From Octopus bimaculoides (taxonomy: Eukaryota), in the NCBI RefSeq assembly GCF_001194135.2, contig NC_068996.1:51741415-51805414 (forward strand): 64,000 nt of DNA, in the 5' to 3' direction. The position numbers and the translations under genes were made by a program. The notes under the pieces are model-generated. The model saw only the letters and a program-made list of their open reading frames with translations, was not told where the DNA came from and did no database searches. The stretch's first letter is position 1. Each line of letters opens with the position of its first letter. Of this stretch, positions 13,233 through 26,400 are shown piece by piece.

Positions 13233-14337
13233 CCATCTTGGTTTTAAGTATTTATTAAAAATAAAAATATCAAAACCAACACCTAACTTATGAAGAACAT
13301 TACTTAGTGTACACAGAAATAAGTACTAGCCTTAGTTTGGAAAAATAAATCTGAGTTTACAAAACAGGATTTGGTAAATCTCTTTCTAATAAGCCAGTTC
13401 ACTTATCTTATCCAATTATTATCCATTTAGTTTCATTTCCTTAATTCTTACCCTTATACAACTATGTACAGCACATATAATATAACTATTGAATCAGCTA
13501 TTACAGTTAAGACAGTGGTAATGACTTGTTAAAGCCAAACTACTCGAACTCTTTAGCATTCAGATTATTCTGCCAAATGTAATGCTTATTTATCCACATT
13601 GTTTTCAATAAATTATGCATTACCTCATATTTTAAAGATCTTGATGGTGTGATTATCTATATTTAGAATGATGTAGAGTAGGTGTGAAAGGTTGGACCTG
13701 GCTAGTTTTAGCATAAAACAGACAGAATATCTGAGTCAGATATGGCTGGTTTAAATGGTAAAGAGTTAAACTGGTATGAAGCAAGAGTTGGTGCAAGAAA
13801 CTAGTAACACAGCTGTTCAGCACTTGGTCATTTATTTTACACTTATATATTTTGATTGAACATATAGCCTGTTTGAAATCTAAATAAATAATGCGTATCA
13901 GTGAGACATTATGAGTGAAATGGTGACAGCAGATGACAATTATGACAAGACTGGAAGGATTTACATGAAATAAAAGTTTTGTTATTGAGCTCATGTCCGC
14001 TTTCTATGCTGGCATAGGTTGGACGGTTTGACTGAGAATTGGCAAGCCGGGAAGCTGCACCAGGCACCAATCTGATTTGGCAAGGTTTCTACAGCTGGAA
14101 GCCCTTCCTACACCATCCACTCCAAGAGTATAGTGGGTGCTTTTATGTACCAGTCAGGTGGTACTTGCATCGGTCACGATTGAATGATGCTTTTTATGTG
14201 CCAGTCTGGCATATGACAAGACAAATTTAATTTATGTCACAAAACTGCTTAACACATAAATTACTGTTTTGAATATTATATATATATATATCATCATCAT
14301 CATCATCATCGTTTAACGTCCGCTTTNNNNNNNNNNT

Positions 14338-14372
<35 letters not shown>

Positions 14373-17300
14373 GCACACATGCTATTTGCTAACTTGCAAT
14401 TGTGTTGTATAAGTAGAATAAGTTCTAATTATACAATCAAAGCAGTCCTATAATGTAAATATTACCAATACAACATATTTGATCACTCTATTTAATTTAT
14501 CTTTATATATAAGGCATGGTTGTGTGGTTAAGAAGCTTGTTTCCCAACCATGTGGTCTTGGATTCAGTCCTCATGTGCAGCACCTTGGGCAAGCATCTTC
14601 TAGGAAAGACCTGGACCAAACTATGCTTTGTGAGTGAATACAGTAGACAGAAACTGGAATAAGTCTATTGTAAATATGTGTATGTGTGTGTGTGTACCCT
14701 TGTCCTGACACCATGTAATGTTCGTAGAACAAACAGCGCTGCAATGCTAACAATGTTGCTTGTTTTCACTTCAATGTCAGGAGGGACATTCTGTTGTAAA
14801 AGATCTGCTTCAGCAAACTCCACATGATCCATGAATGATCCTGGATTAGTGAACATTGTTAAATGATGATTACATACATACATGCATGTTAATATCATAT
14901 ACAGCAGTGATTAAATCCAGTCAGGAATGTTTCATCTAGAATATCTAAGTTTTCTGCCAATAAAATTTCATCTCAGAATACAAAAGCTAGGTTTGGAAAA
15001 GACCTAAGGACAGTGGATTGCACTCACAAGAACATAAAAATCAAAACAAGCATCAAAGCAATACTAATTATTGTAATAATAGGCAGAAGAATACGAATGC
15101 TTATAACATAGATAGTGGTAGAATAAATAAGGAAACAACAGCCCACTTAGCAAGCAACCAAAATTACCTTCAACTAAAGAAGCAAGTTGTCTAAGTAACT
15201 CTAGTATTTCTCTTGAAAACCCTGGCAAAAATTTTAAAAATTCAGAAATTAGACCTTAGTTAAGAATGAGTAAGAAGACTAAAAATCATCAGGTCAGACG
15301 TGGGGGCATACACCATTGCAGCATTCTCTATTTGTTGGTATATCCACGGGTCTTCACAGGTAGCTTGTTGAGGAGAGTCACCATCTCCACAAAATACTTC
15401 CTCATCTACTGTGACTATGTGGCATGTGGTTAATCAACACAAGTCAGATCCTCAGTTAGGGCATTAGATAAGCATTCCCTCTTCTCTAACAAGTATAGTA
15501 AGATATTCAATGAAAATACTGTGAAATTTATGTACTTCACTACATCTAATCTAGGGTATAATATAGCAGCAATCAACAGTAAGAAATTAAATACTATTAG
15601 GAATAACAAATGTACTTTTAATTATTCAGATAGTAAATACCAATCTAGGTGCGTGGCTCAGTGGTTAGTGTGTTGGCATCATGATCGTAAGATTGTGGTT
15701 TTGATTCCTGGACTGAGTGACACGTTGTGTTCTTGAGCAAAACACTTCATTTCACGTTGCTCCAGTCCACTCAGCTGGCAAAAATGAGTAACGCTGTGAT
15801 GGACTAGCGTCCCGTCCAGCTGGGGAACACATATGCCATTGCAACCGGGAAACCAGGCCCATAAGCCTGCTAGGCTTTAAAAGGGCGCATTTATTATTAT
15901 TAAATACCAAATTGGTTCAAGTATAAATAATACATCTCTGGCTAATATAAAAATGATGATGATATTAAGGTAATTTCACCTCACAGGAATAATACTTACA
16001 CTAATAAAATAAGATCTCTTATGACAACAAACCTAATAGTAATAACTCTCAGAAATGTATAGTTAAAGTTAAAACATTTAATACAGTTCATTATTACATA
16101 AGAGCAACAGTTCCGAGTTCAAAATCAAATTACAAAACCATATTCACTCTTTTAAATACAAAAGAAAAGAACACAGCACTTCACTGGCTAAATTCATCTG
16201 GAATGTCAAGGAGAAAAATAACGACTACTAAGTTTCATAGTCAATCAGAGGTAGAACTTTTCCATACAGAGAGAGTGGCAGTAGTTATAATTTGTAGATA
16301 TATTGGAATGTAGGTCTAATTTAATTAATAATCATAAGTTATTCATACGTTGCTGCCACTTATTTAATAAAACCTTTTTTAAATTTTCACATAAAAAAAA
16401 ATTGCATATAGCTAAGTTATATTGATTCAACTATATTCATTATTCATGGTAGTGTTCTTACCCTATTAATTCTCTCATACCTGACTTGAATTATTTCTTG
16501 TGTAACCTACCAATCACTTAACTAATGTATCTAATTTATTTGTAGTGGACCTCATATCATCTTGACCTGATTACCAAGGTGGGCATTAATTTATTCCTTG
16601 CTTCCATTCTAACAAATCCACACCTGCCCACTCCATTTTATTTCGTTTCAAATCTCTCATCTCTAAACAAATCTTTATTCTACAATTTCTCTCTTTACTG
16701 ATATTTCTGAGATTGTAGTAACAAACTGCCATCCCTTTGAAATTCTGGTGTATCTAGTAAATTCCTTTCTCTCCATCACTGATGACCCCTTGACATGCCA
16801 AGACAGTGGTACAAGCAGGTTTAAACTACATCAAAAGGAAATATACTGAGATATCCATTCAAACATTCATAGAATGAATGTTTGACATTTCATTTCTAAT
16901 CTGATATCCTGCAACATAACATCCCTCAATATATCTCCTGCAAGTAACTTCATTAATATTATTATGGATTCTGATTTTTCCCCCTTAACATTCTATTAGT
17001 CAGGTTTTTGCATGTAGTGCTGAGGAATTCCATCTGGATTGCTATAATTTCTACTGTCTCTCTACTACACATGTATATACATAAACCATATATCCAGGCA
17101 TAACTTTGTGGTAAAGAGGTTTGCTTCCCAACTACATAGTTTTGGTTTCAGTCCCACTGCATGGCCCTTGGTCATCTACTATGGCCTTGGGTTAACCAAA
17201 GCCTTGCGAGTAGATTTGGTAGACAGAAACGAAAATGCTTGTGAATGTTTCTAGGTAAATTCACTGAGGCAGGTGTCACATAAAAAGCACCCAGTGGTTG

Positions 17301-20300
17301 GCATTAGGAAGGGCATCCAACTTCAAAACCATGCTAAAATTGGCTTCACTGGTAATGGTGAATTGTAAAAAAATTCAGTCCACTCTGTAAAGTGGTTGGT
17401 ATTAGGAAGGGTATCCAGCCATAAAAACCATGCCAAAACAGACAGTAGAACTTGGTGCAGTCCTCTGGCTTGCCAGTTCCTGTCAAGCCATCCAACCCAT
17501 GCCACCATGGAAAACAGACATATGATGATGATGATGATAGCTATATGTATACAGATATTCTAAACAGTGTAGTATTACCTTACTTTATCATCTTATTGAA
17601 TTTAAAATTGTTGCTATTTTGTTCACTATATAAATTTAAGTACTGAAGTTTGCATAGTTTTTAATTCTTGTTTCAACACTGTGTTAATACTAGTTTTGTC
17701 ACTACATGATAAAATCATACATATACGCATATACAAACACACATGTATAATTGTCTGACCCATGCCAGCATGGAAAACAGACATTAAATGATATACATAT
17801 ATAGTAAATAACACACGCACAGAAGTACAGGCCCTTATGTAATACTGAACTTCATTGTGCAACTTCCTTCTTGCCCACACCTCACATCATCTTATTTCTT
17901 ATTTATATATAATTTTATTAAATTGTTGCTCTCTACTCCCCTTTTTATGTATTACCACCTATTATCTCCTCCTCCTCCTCCTCGACTGAATCTCCTATTT
18001 TCCTTGATTTCCCCCAACAAACTGCGACTCACCACTGTCCAAGTTTTCACCTGTGTTCACCATTCACTGCATATAACTTCTGCCTTTGTTCCATCTGTCA
18101 CTCACTCGTCTTTCACACTCTTGCAAACGTATCCACCAAGCCATCTTTGATTTTATATCCCTAACACCTCATCCCTACCAGCCTTTCTCTCCTTCCTGCT
18201 GAGATAACCATGTATCTCCTCTTCAACAAAAAACACCTGTCCCTGTTCCTCTCAACACTGGCATTATGACACTTCCTTCAACACTGCACTCCCACTCGGT
18301 CAAGGGGTTTTGTCGTGCAAGTTACTCACTGACCTCACTAGTGCTGGTCATAAAAAAAAGGCACCCAGGAAAGTGATTGGCATTAGGAATGGCATCCTAT
18401 TGTAGAAATCTTGCCAGAGCAGCAACAGAGCTTGGCACAATCCTTTGGCTTGCTAGCACTTGTCAAACTTTCACCGATGCCAGCAGGGAAAACAGATGCT
18501 AAATGATGATTATATACATGCATACACACATACATATATACATAAGCAAATGTATGTATATGCATGTATGTATACACACAGATGAATATTAGAAAAAGTA
18601 TAAAACAAAGAATATCATTGATTTTTCAAAATTTTTGTTTCTTCTGTTGGTGTTTCAATAACAAAGATACAAATTCACCACATAAATTATTGATAATAAT
18701 AATAATAAGAATCATAACTACACAAAAAAATGCATAATGAAGCTAATTGCAATGGTATGACAGTTTCTTTGTCAGAAATGTTTTTCAAAATATGGAATCT
18801 CTATCATAGTCAACGGTATCTCTATTGTAAGGTAGCAAGCTGGCAGAATTGTTAATGTGTTGGGCAAAGTGCTTAGTGACATTTCATTCTGAGTTCAAAT
18901 TCTGTTGGAGTCTACTTTGCCTTTCAACTTTTCAGGGTTGATAAAGTAAGTGCCAGTTGTGTAATAGGGTCAATGTAATCAACTATCCCCTTCCCCTGAA
19001 ATTGATGGCCATGTGCCAAAATTTAAAATAAATAAATAAATCACACACACAAATATAAATACAAAAATCAGACACAAATTTCACATAAACAGATATCTGC
19101 TTATCTGCTGAACTATATACACATACACACACACATCTCTCTTCTCTGAATTGCAGCATGGAAGACATTAAGTTAAGGCATTCAGAAACACACAAAAACT
19201 TGTTCACTGACNNNNNNNNNNAAAAAAAAAAAAAAAAAAAAATCTTGTCAGTGAAGAGGTCACAGTTTCAAGTGAAGGAAAATTTGACACCAAATTACAA
19301 CGGTATTTCATGCTGCAATTGCTTTAGTTTCAACATGATTTCAGATTAAAACACTTGCTATGCAAATATGTCTCCAAAATATCTATCTACATACCAACAC
19401 ATATATGAGCAGGCATGAATGTGTGGTTAACAAGTTCACTTTTAGAATCCTGAAGTTACAGATTCGGTACCATTGTGTGAAAGTTGTTGGCTAATATTCT
19501 TACTATAGTTGCAGATCAACTAATATCTTCATCTTTTGAGTGAAATTGGTCGGCACAAACTGATGAAACTTAGAAGTTTGTCATCTGTGCGTGTTTTTCT
19601 GTGAGTTTGCATATGTTCATTGACTGCAAACAACAGCCTTGATGTCAAATATGGACAGATGTCCTTTGCTTGTAGTCTTCACACACACTGCACAACCTTT
19701 GTTAACATAAACAGATTAACACATGGCAGAAACAGGTGAAGGTTGACAAGAGAAACAACACCCAACTATAAAAAAATCCACCTCAGTGAATTCTGTCTGA
19801 CCCATGCAAGCATAAAAAAGCAGGTGTTAAAATGATGATATTTACACGTGTGTGTGTGTGTATATATATATATATATTTATACACACTCACATAGTATAG
19901 TAATAGACATATACACACAGTTTGTCTCCTAATGGTATTATGTGTGTGTGTGTGTGCGCGTTCTTTCTATTACTACTCTGCTGCTCTTTACTGTCCCACT
20001 CTCTTTTCTTCACTGTTAGTCATTTCTTCTACCTTACAAAATTTCTACAGCTTTCAACTACTCTTCCTTACCTCTCTATTTTACCATCCCTCAACACTTG
20101 TTTTTCTGTAATATTTATCGTTTCATCTGTGGAGGCGCAATGGCCCAGTGGTTAGGGCAGTGGACTCACGGTCATAGGATCGCGGTTTCGATTCCCAGAC
20201 CGGGCGTTGTGAATGTTTATTGAGCGAAAACACCTAAAGCTCCACGAGGCTCCAGCAGGGGGTGGTGGCAAACCTTGCTGTACTGTTTCAGTCTTACTTC

Positions 20301-23300
20301 CTCTTTCTGTTGTGCCTGTAATTCAAAGGGTCAGCCTTGTCACTCTGTGTCACGCTGAATCTCCCCGAGAACTACGTTAAGGGTACACGTGTCTGTGGAG
20401 TGCTCAGTCACTTGCATGTTAATTTCACGAGCAGGCTGTTCTGTTGATCGGATCAACTGGAACCCTCAACGTCGTAAGTGACGGAGTGCCAACAACAACA
20501 TATCGTTTCATCCATTCCCTATCTCTACCCATCTTCCACTCACCCACACACACAGCATCTACCCACCCACACTTGCTGTTCTCCTGTCTTGAGCAAAACA
20601 CTTCGTCTGAAGTTGGTCTTTGATTACTTCAACATCCGACACCTTGGACACCATGCACCTGTACAGGTAATATCTATTTAATGAAGGGAGCGAGCTAATG
20701 TACAGCAAAAAACATCTGATCATTAGAAACAAATTTTCTGTGCAGTTTTTTCATCAAGAAACTGCAGAATTCCTTTAAATATCCAAATGGCTCCCTGGAA
20801 ATGGTTATAACTTTTGTTATTTCGGTAACCTTATTAGCAATTACAGTAGGTATTCGGAAAGTGTGGTAGCTAGAGGGTTGGAAAAAGTTCAAGGATCTCT
20901 TAACTCTACTGGCAAGAAAGGATTTCTCCATCAAAGTGAAGGGCAGACTATACAATGCTTGTGTGTTAAGTGCATTGCTGCATGAAAGACATATGAAGAA
21001 TTGAAAGAAATGAGATGAACATGCTTTGCTGGATATGCCATGTGTAGAAGTGTTTGACAAAAGTTGCAGAAAATATGTTCTTTATGGAGAGTGGTGGATT
21101 TAGCTGTACCCTCAGGAAAACCAAAATGGATAAAATATGTCAGAAATAGTTCTATGAATATGTGTACTTCTTGCAGTCTAAGCTGATATCTTGCTGCTAT
21201 TAACTTTGCTTTTTAGTTTGAGTTTTGTCATGTATCCTGAATATTATTCCACACAAGCATCATTCACATACAACTTAGACTCCTCTTACCTAAAAAAAGA
21301 CTTGAAAACACTTTTCATAAAATTGCCACCAAAACAAAAGACATCTGCAACACTATATTTTCTCAAGAACAACCACAACTAATGCTCTTACAACCTTCAG
21401 TATCTAGAGGTATTATATTCATAAAAATTCTACTGATATATAGGTAAAAACAAAACATTTGATGAAAATCATTCACATCAAATTTGGATTGACCAAATAT
21501 ATAAGATTTATGTCAAACCAATGAGAAAGCTTGTACGTGCCTACCCAACTCATTAGAAATAGCAAACAACTCTTTCTAATCACACCCTGTAATACTAAAA
21601 TAATGTATACCCAAGGACACATTGAATAATGTAGTCCTAGTTATACTATATCTAAATCAAGGCAAGATGGTCACAGCAGGAACTCTTTTCTTTGTATGCT
21701 GCTTAAATAACTATTATGAAATTAATAAGAAAGTGACTGTAGACATATTATAGGAAGTCAAGAAATAATACGATGACAAGAAATATGTTATATCACCACT
21801 GGAGGCAAATAAGTGAAACAATGCAATACTAGAATATGAAATGAAAATACTCTCTAAAATGAATTGGTTCAATATGAATCAAATGTACCAATACTCTGAT
21901 AATTACTCCAAATTCATCTTCTTTCTCCTATGCCTGCACAAAACCAAGAATAAATCAGAGAAATGTGATTTAAAAAAAGGTTATCCTTATATCATTTTTT
22001 ATTTTAAGAAACTAAAAACCAAAAAGCAAATACGAAAAATTATAGATAAAATGAAATAAAAAACAAGTTTGTGAAAACTTGTTAATTGATATACAATTGC
22101 AGTGGAACTAACTGTGCCAGTGACAAGGTAACAGATGAACTTTTGACACCTTTAGAAATATACAAAATATAACAATTTTTGTATTCTTGAAAAGGCTAAA
22201 ACATCTACAATTTAATTGTTGCAGTTTCAACACATGAACTCAGATTAAGCTACTTACTAAATAAATACAAATGAAAGTTTTTAAGATTTATACTAAAAGT
22301 TTGGATTTTGAAGGTACTTTTCTTTAAAGTATATTTAAATAATTCTTTTTTGGAACAGTTGATCTTGAAGTAAATAAGGCTATAAATAATAGTTTTAAAT
22401 TTTGTCACAAAGCCATGTAAATATTGAGTTGAAAAGGCTCTTCTGGGTTTGAAACCATTATTGATAGCTTTACATACTTTGAGAACCACTGTTCCTAAAA
22501 AGAACTATTCCATGTTCCCTCCAAAGTTTATAAAATTATTCAATTTGAATAATTTAGAAATATTGCCTAAAGTACACCCTATTTGGTACAACACATATTT
22601 CACTTTCCACAATTCTTAAGTTTATCAAAATTTAAAACTATTGTATTTAATTACAATTTATGATTTCATTACAAGAATTTGCTGTTATATTACAAGACAA
22701 CAAAAACTTTTGTAGATTATTTGTCACAAGGGATTGAGATCAGAGGCTTATACAGATACAGAAACACAATTTACCACAGAAACTATACTGATATTCACCA
22801 GAGCTATCATCCTTCAATATATAAAATTATACATAGAAGTATAAACATATATGTGTATGAGTGTTTGTATGTGTGCCTGTGTATGTGTGTGTATCACCAA
22901 ACCATGTGTAACAACAAAAGAATTAGACCTCAATATCGTTGGAAATAGAGGAATAAATGTATCACATGACACAGGTATGGAGCACTTCCATTCAGGATTC
23001 TGAGTTACTGTACAGCAACTCAATAATTGCTGCATTTCTACAGCTTTTGCAATCTTGGGTATATTTACTGCATGCAATAATTATTGAGTTGCTGTATAAT
23101 AACTCAGAGTCCTGAATCTAAGGGCTCCTTAGGTGTGTCACTTACTATATAAATATATATAAGGCTGTGAGCTGGCAGAATCGCTAATATGCCAGACAAA
23201 ATGCTTGATAACATTTCATCTGTCTCTATGTTCTGAGTTCAAATTCTGCTGAGGTCAACTTTGCCTTTCATCCTTCTGGGGTTGATAGAATATATACCAG

Positions 23301-23375
23301 TTGAGCACTGGGGGCAATGCAAATGACTTAGCCCCTTCTCTGAAATTGCTGGCTTTGTGCCAAAATTTGAAATCA

Positions 23376-23406
<31 letters not shown>

Positions 23407-26400
23407 CATACATACATACATACATACATACAAACACACACTCACACAAAGTCCTTTATAAGTGATCATTCATTGTAAGATATATTGAACCAATATCATG
23501 TGATTGGTGATTTGTTAAAATCTACACAAAAAAAATTCAATATATCAATATATAAGCCTTGGCACAAATCACTGGAAAAATCAAATTAGAAATATTGGTT
23601 GCCTGGTACCCTCAAATGATCAGAGGGAAATGTTTTATATCATATCATGGAGAAGAATGAAAGGGTGAACTGCTTTGAGCATCAACTTGCTGAAGTTTAT
23701 ATCATTACACATGTAGAATGTTTGGAGCATATTTGATATACTTCAAATGTAGCAGATAGAAAAACAAACTAGTAATACTAAGAAAAGAACATACCAATGA
23801 TGGAATTTTTGTTTCAAGACGACAGCTTTCTTAATTTAAAGTTTGACTCAGCCATCATTGACAATGATATAGTTTTGAAAACTATCCATGTTATAACTTT
23901 TCTGAACAGATATTGATGGACTTGAAAAAGTAGTATTTTTATGACCCACTAAATTATTGGTTATCACATTGATAAACTAAGTGCAAGATGTTTACATGCC
24001 ATGAGAACTTTAAATATCCGAATATGATAAGATTCTTCATTATTTAAATACTATTATTCAAACAGTTAATTACTTAGCAATTTCTGTTCAGAAATGATGA
24101 AGACTTACAAAAATTTAAATCTTGGTAGAAATAGATCTAAATAACTGCCAAGTATTTTCCAAAAGATTACTGATGCTCTCTTTAATAGACCATCAATAAC
24201 TTAAACATTTTTTCTATATTTAGCAACAGAGTATGCTTATCTTCCCATATTAGTTTCTTTTTTTCCAACTTTTTTCATCCACATAGAGTTGAAATAGTTA
24301 GATTCTCTATAACTACTCAACTTTATTGATTTTTCACATTAATTTTGCAATATCTGCTTCTAATTAACAGTTTCTATCTATAACTGATAACATTAGGAAA
24401 AAATTAATGAGACAGAAAGTACATCCAACTCAATACTGTAAATGCAATTTCATTTCCTCAGTGAAAATGATTAAATATTTGAACATATTTGTATAAGAAA
24501 AAAAGAGAAAAAAATTGCAACTGGCATTCATATAAATATGTATTTTTTTCATTTGTTGCTAATGAGTTGCTTCTGCTGCCCTGTTTGAGAATACCTGTAA
24601 CATGGAGGTAGCCCACTGAACATTTGATAGGAGAGTGACTCAAAAGTACATGCACCATTCTGTACATTTTGTCATGCAGTATTTCTTTGTGTGGTTTTTT
24701 TTTTTGTGTGGCATTCAGTGGCTGTCCCAGTCTATACTTATACAGTTTGCATGAATTCATTTTAGAATAATTAACTAAACAAATTGAGATATCTTGCCCT
24801 AGCTGTCTACAAATTTAAAGTATTCTGCTACTAGTTAAAATTAACAAATTATAAACCAATATTTCTGTTACCAGCACAGTCCTTGAATAAATTTTAAAAT
24901 GATTGTTTAAGCTATATTCCACAATTATCACATACTAAAGGTAACACCATTTCGAAATACAATACTCTCATTTGATTCTGGAACTGGTTAAAAGTTCCTT
25001 GAAACATTTGCTATTAGTTGTGCTACTGTGATGTGGACACAGGCGTCACACCTTCAAGCTCTAAATATTATTTTTAAAAGTTATGTATTCTAAGGCAAGA
25101 AAAAAAAAAAAGAAAAGAAAGCCCCAAGCAATTGTAAGGAAGTTTCTACCCGTTCACCCAAATCTTACAACTAGAACTTGGTAGCATAATCTTTAGCCAC
25201 TTCAATCTTTCTGAAACTATCTTAATGCAATATCATTCTCTAAAAATTCTATAATGGAAATCTCCAAAATGTTTCATTTGGTCTAAGGATTATAAGTAGT
25301 TTTTTCTATCAGCTGTCCAAATAGCATCTCCAGCCCAAAGCAAATTGGTCAAAAATTCCTTCCTTTATCAGGGCTAAATAATTTTACAGCTCTGAACACT
25401 TTTCAGGACCAAATCATTTATGTCCGTTTCAGTGTCTATTATTCATTTCTATAATTACAAATGAATGTGTTGGATAAATTCTCTCTCCTTCTCCCAACAC
25501 CATCCCCAAGTCTATTTTGTGCCAATATGTAACTTACAAAAGGTTAAAATATACATTGCATGAAGCTACTCTAATCCTTCTTTGTATCCCTCCTTGAGTC
25601 TTTTGTATTCCTGAGGGGGCATCAAGCAGCCCCCCTCTCTCTAAATTAATGCACAAACTGTTAAACCACCAACAAGGATTCCATTCAGTAGCTTTAAAAA
25701 TGAGGTAAAGATCAATGAAGTAATGATCAATTTACATAAAAGTTCATGAGACATTTTCTCGATGTCAGGTTTAGAAAGAAAAAACAAAAAAACCTGGCAT
25801 TTCATTTTCAATATGTCTGCTGGCAGTTTACAAAATGTTGCTGAAATACTTTAAAACGTTTTACGAATCAGGTTCAATTGTCAAACATCCTAAGACATTT
25901 GAGAGGGTGAGAGGGTTTTTCTTTTGTTATGGTCAGATTGAAAACAACATCTGCCATTATTTGAATTTTCTTTCTGATGAGTCAAGAATCCAAATTTTAA
26001 TAAGAAATTATTTTTCTTGACTTTCTTTTCAATTTTTATACATAAAATGGTTTAAGGTCCAATTTAACAGTTCAACTCTTGTGTATCACAAGAGTTGTTT
26101 CTGTTTTTTCTTCAATTGTCTAAGCATCCATTATTTTTTTGCTTCAATGAAATAGTATATTTAAGTATTATTCTTATAAATACAAGAAAGAAATATATTT
26201 TTGTAATGAGTTTTGTATTTTTTTTATACATACTCATTTGGTTACAAAACATAATACTGTATTGGCATAATTGAATTGATTGCAACTAAATCTTGAGTAT
26301 AGTTTAATTGAATTTACAAACTATTTTTATGATAATAATATTTTACTAAAAGGGAAAAGTAGCTATAATGGCAAAAGACACTTAATTAGTTATTCTATAA

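Noticed and set aside
20128-20205. tRNA-like A/B boxes (also at 15647, 4960-5040 and the family D heads)
   Set aside because: They continue into SINE bodies with tails and TSDs, and I could not build a full cloverleaf; these are not tRNA genes.
24588-24670. Exon-like stretch ending CAG|GTATTC on the gene strand
   Set aside because: No recognisable homology in any frame, and only a weak acceptor.
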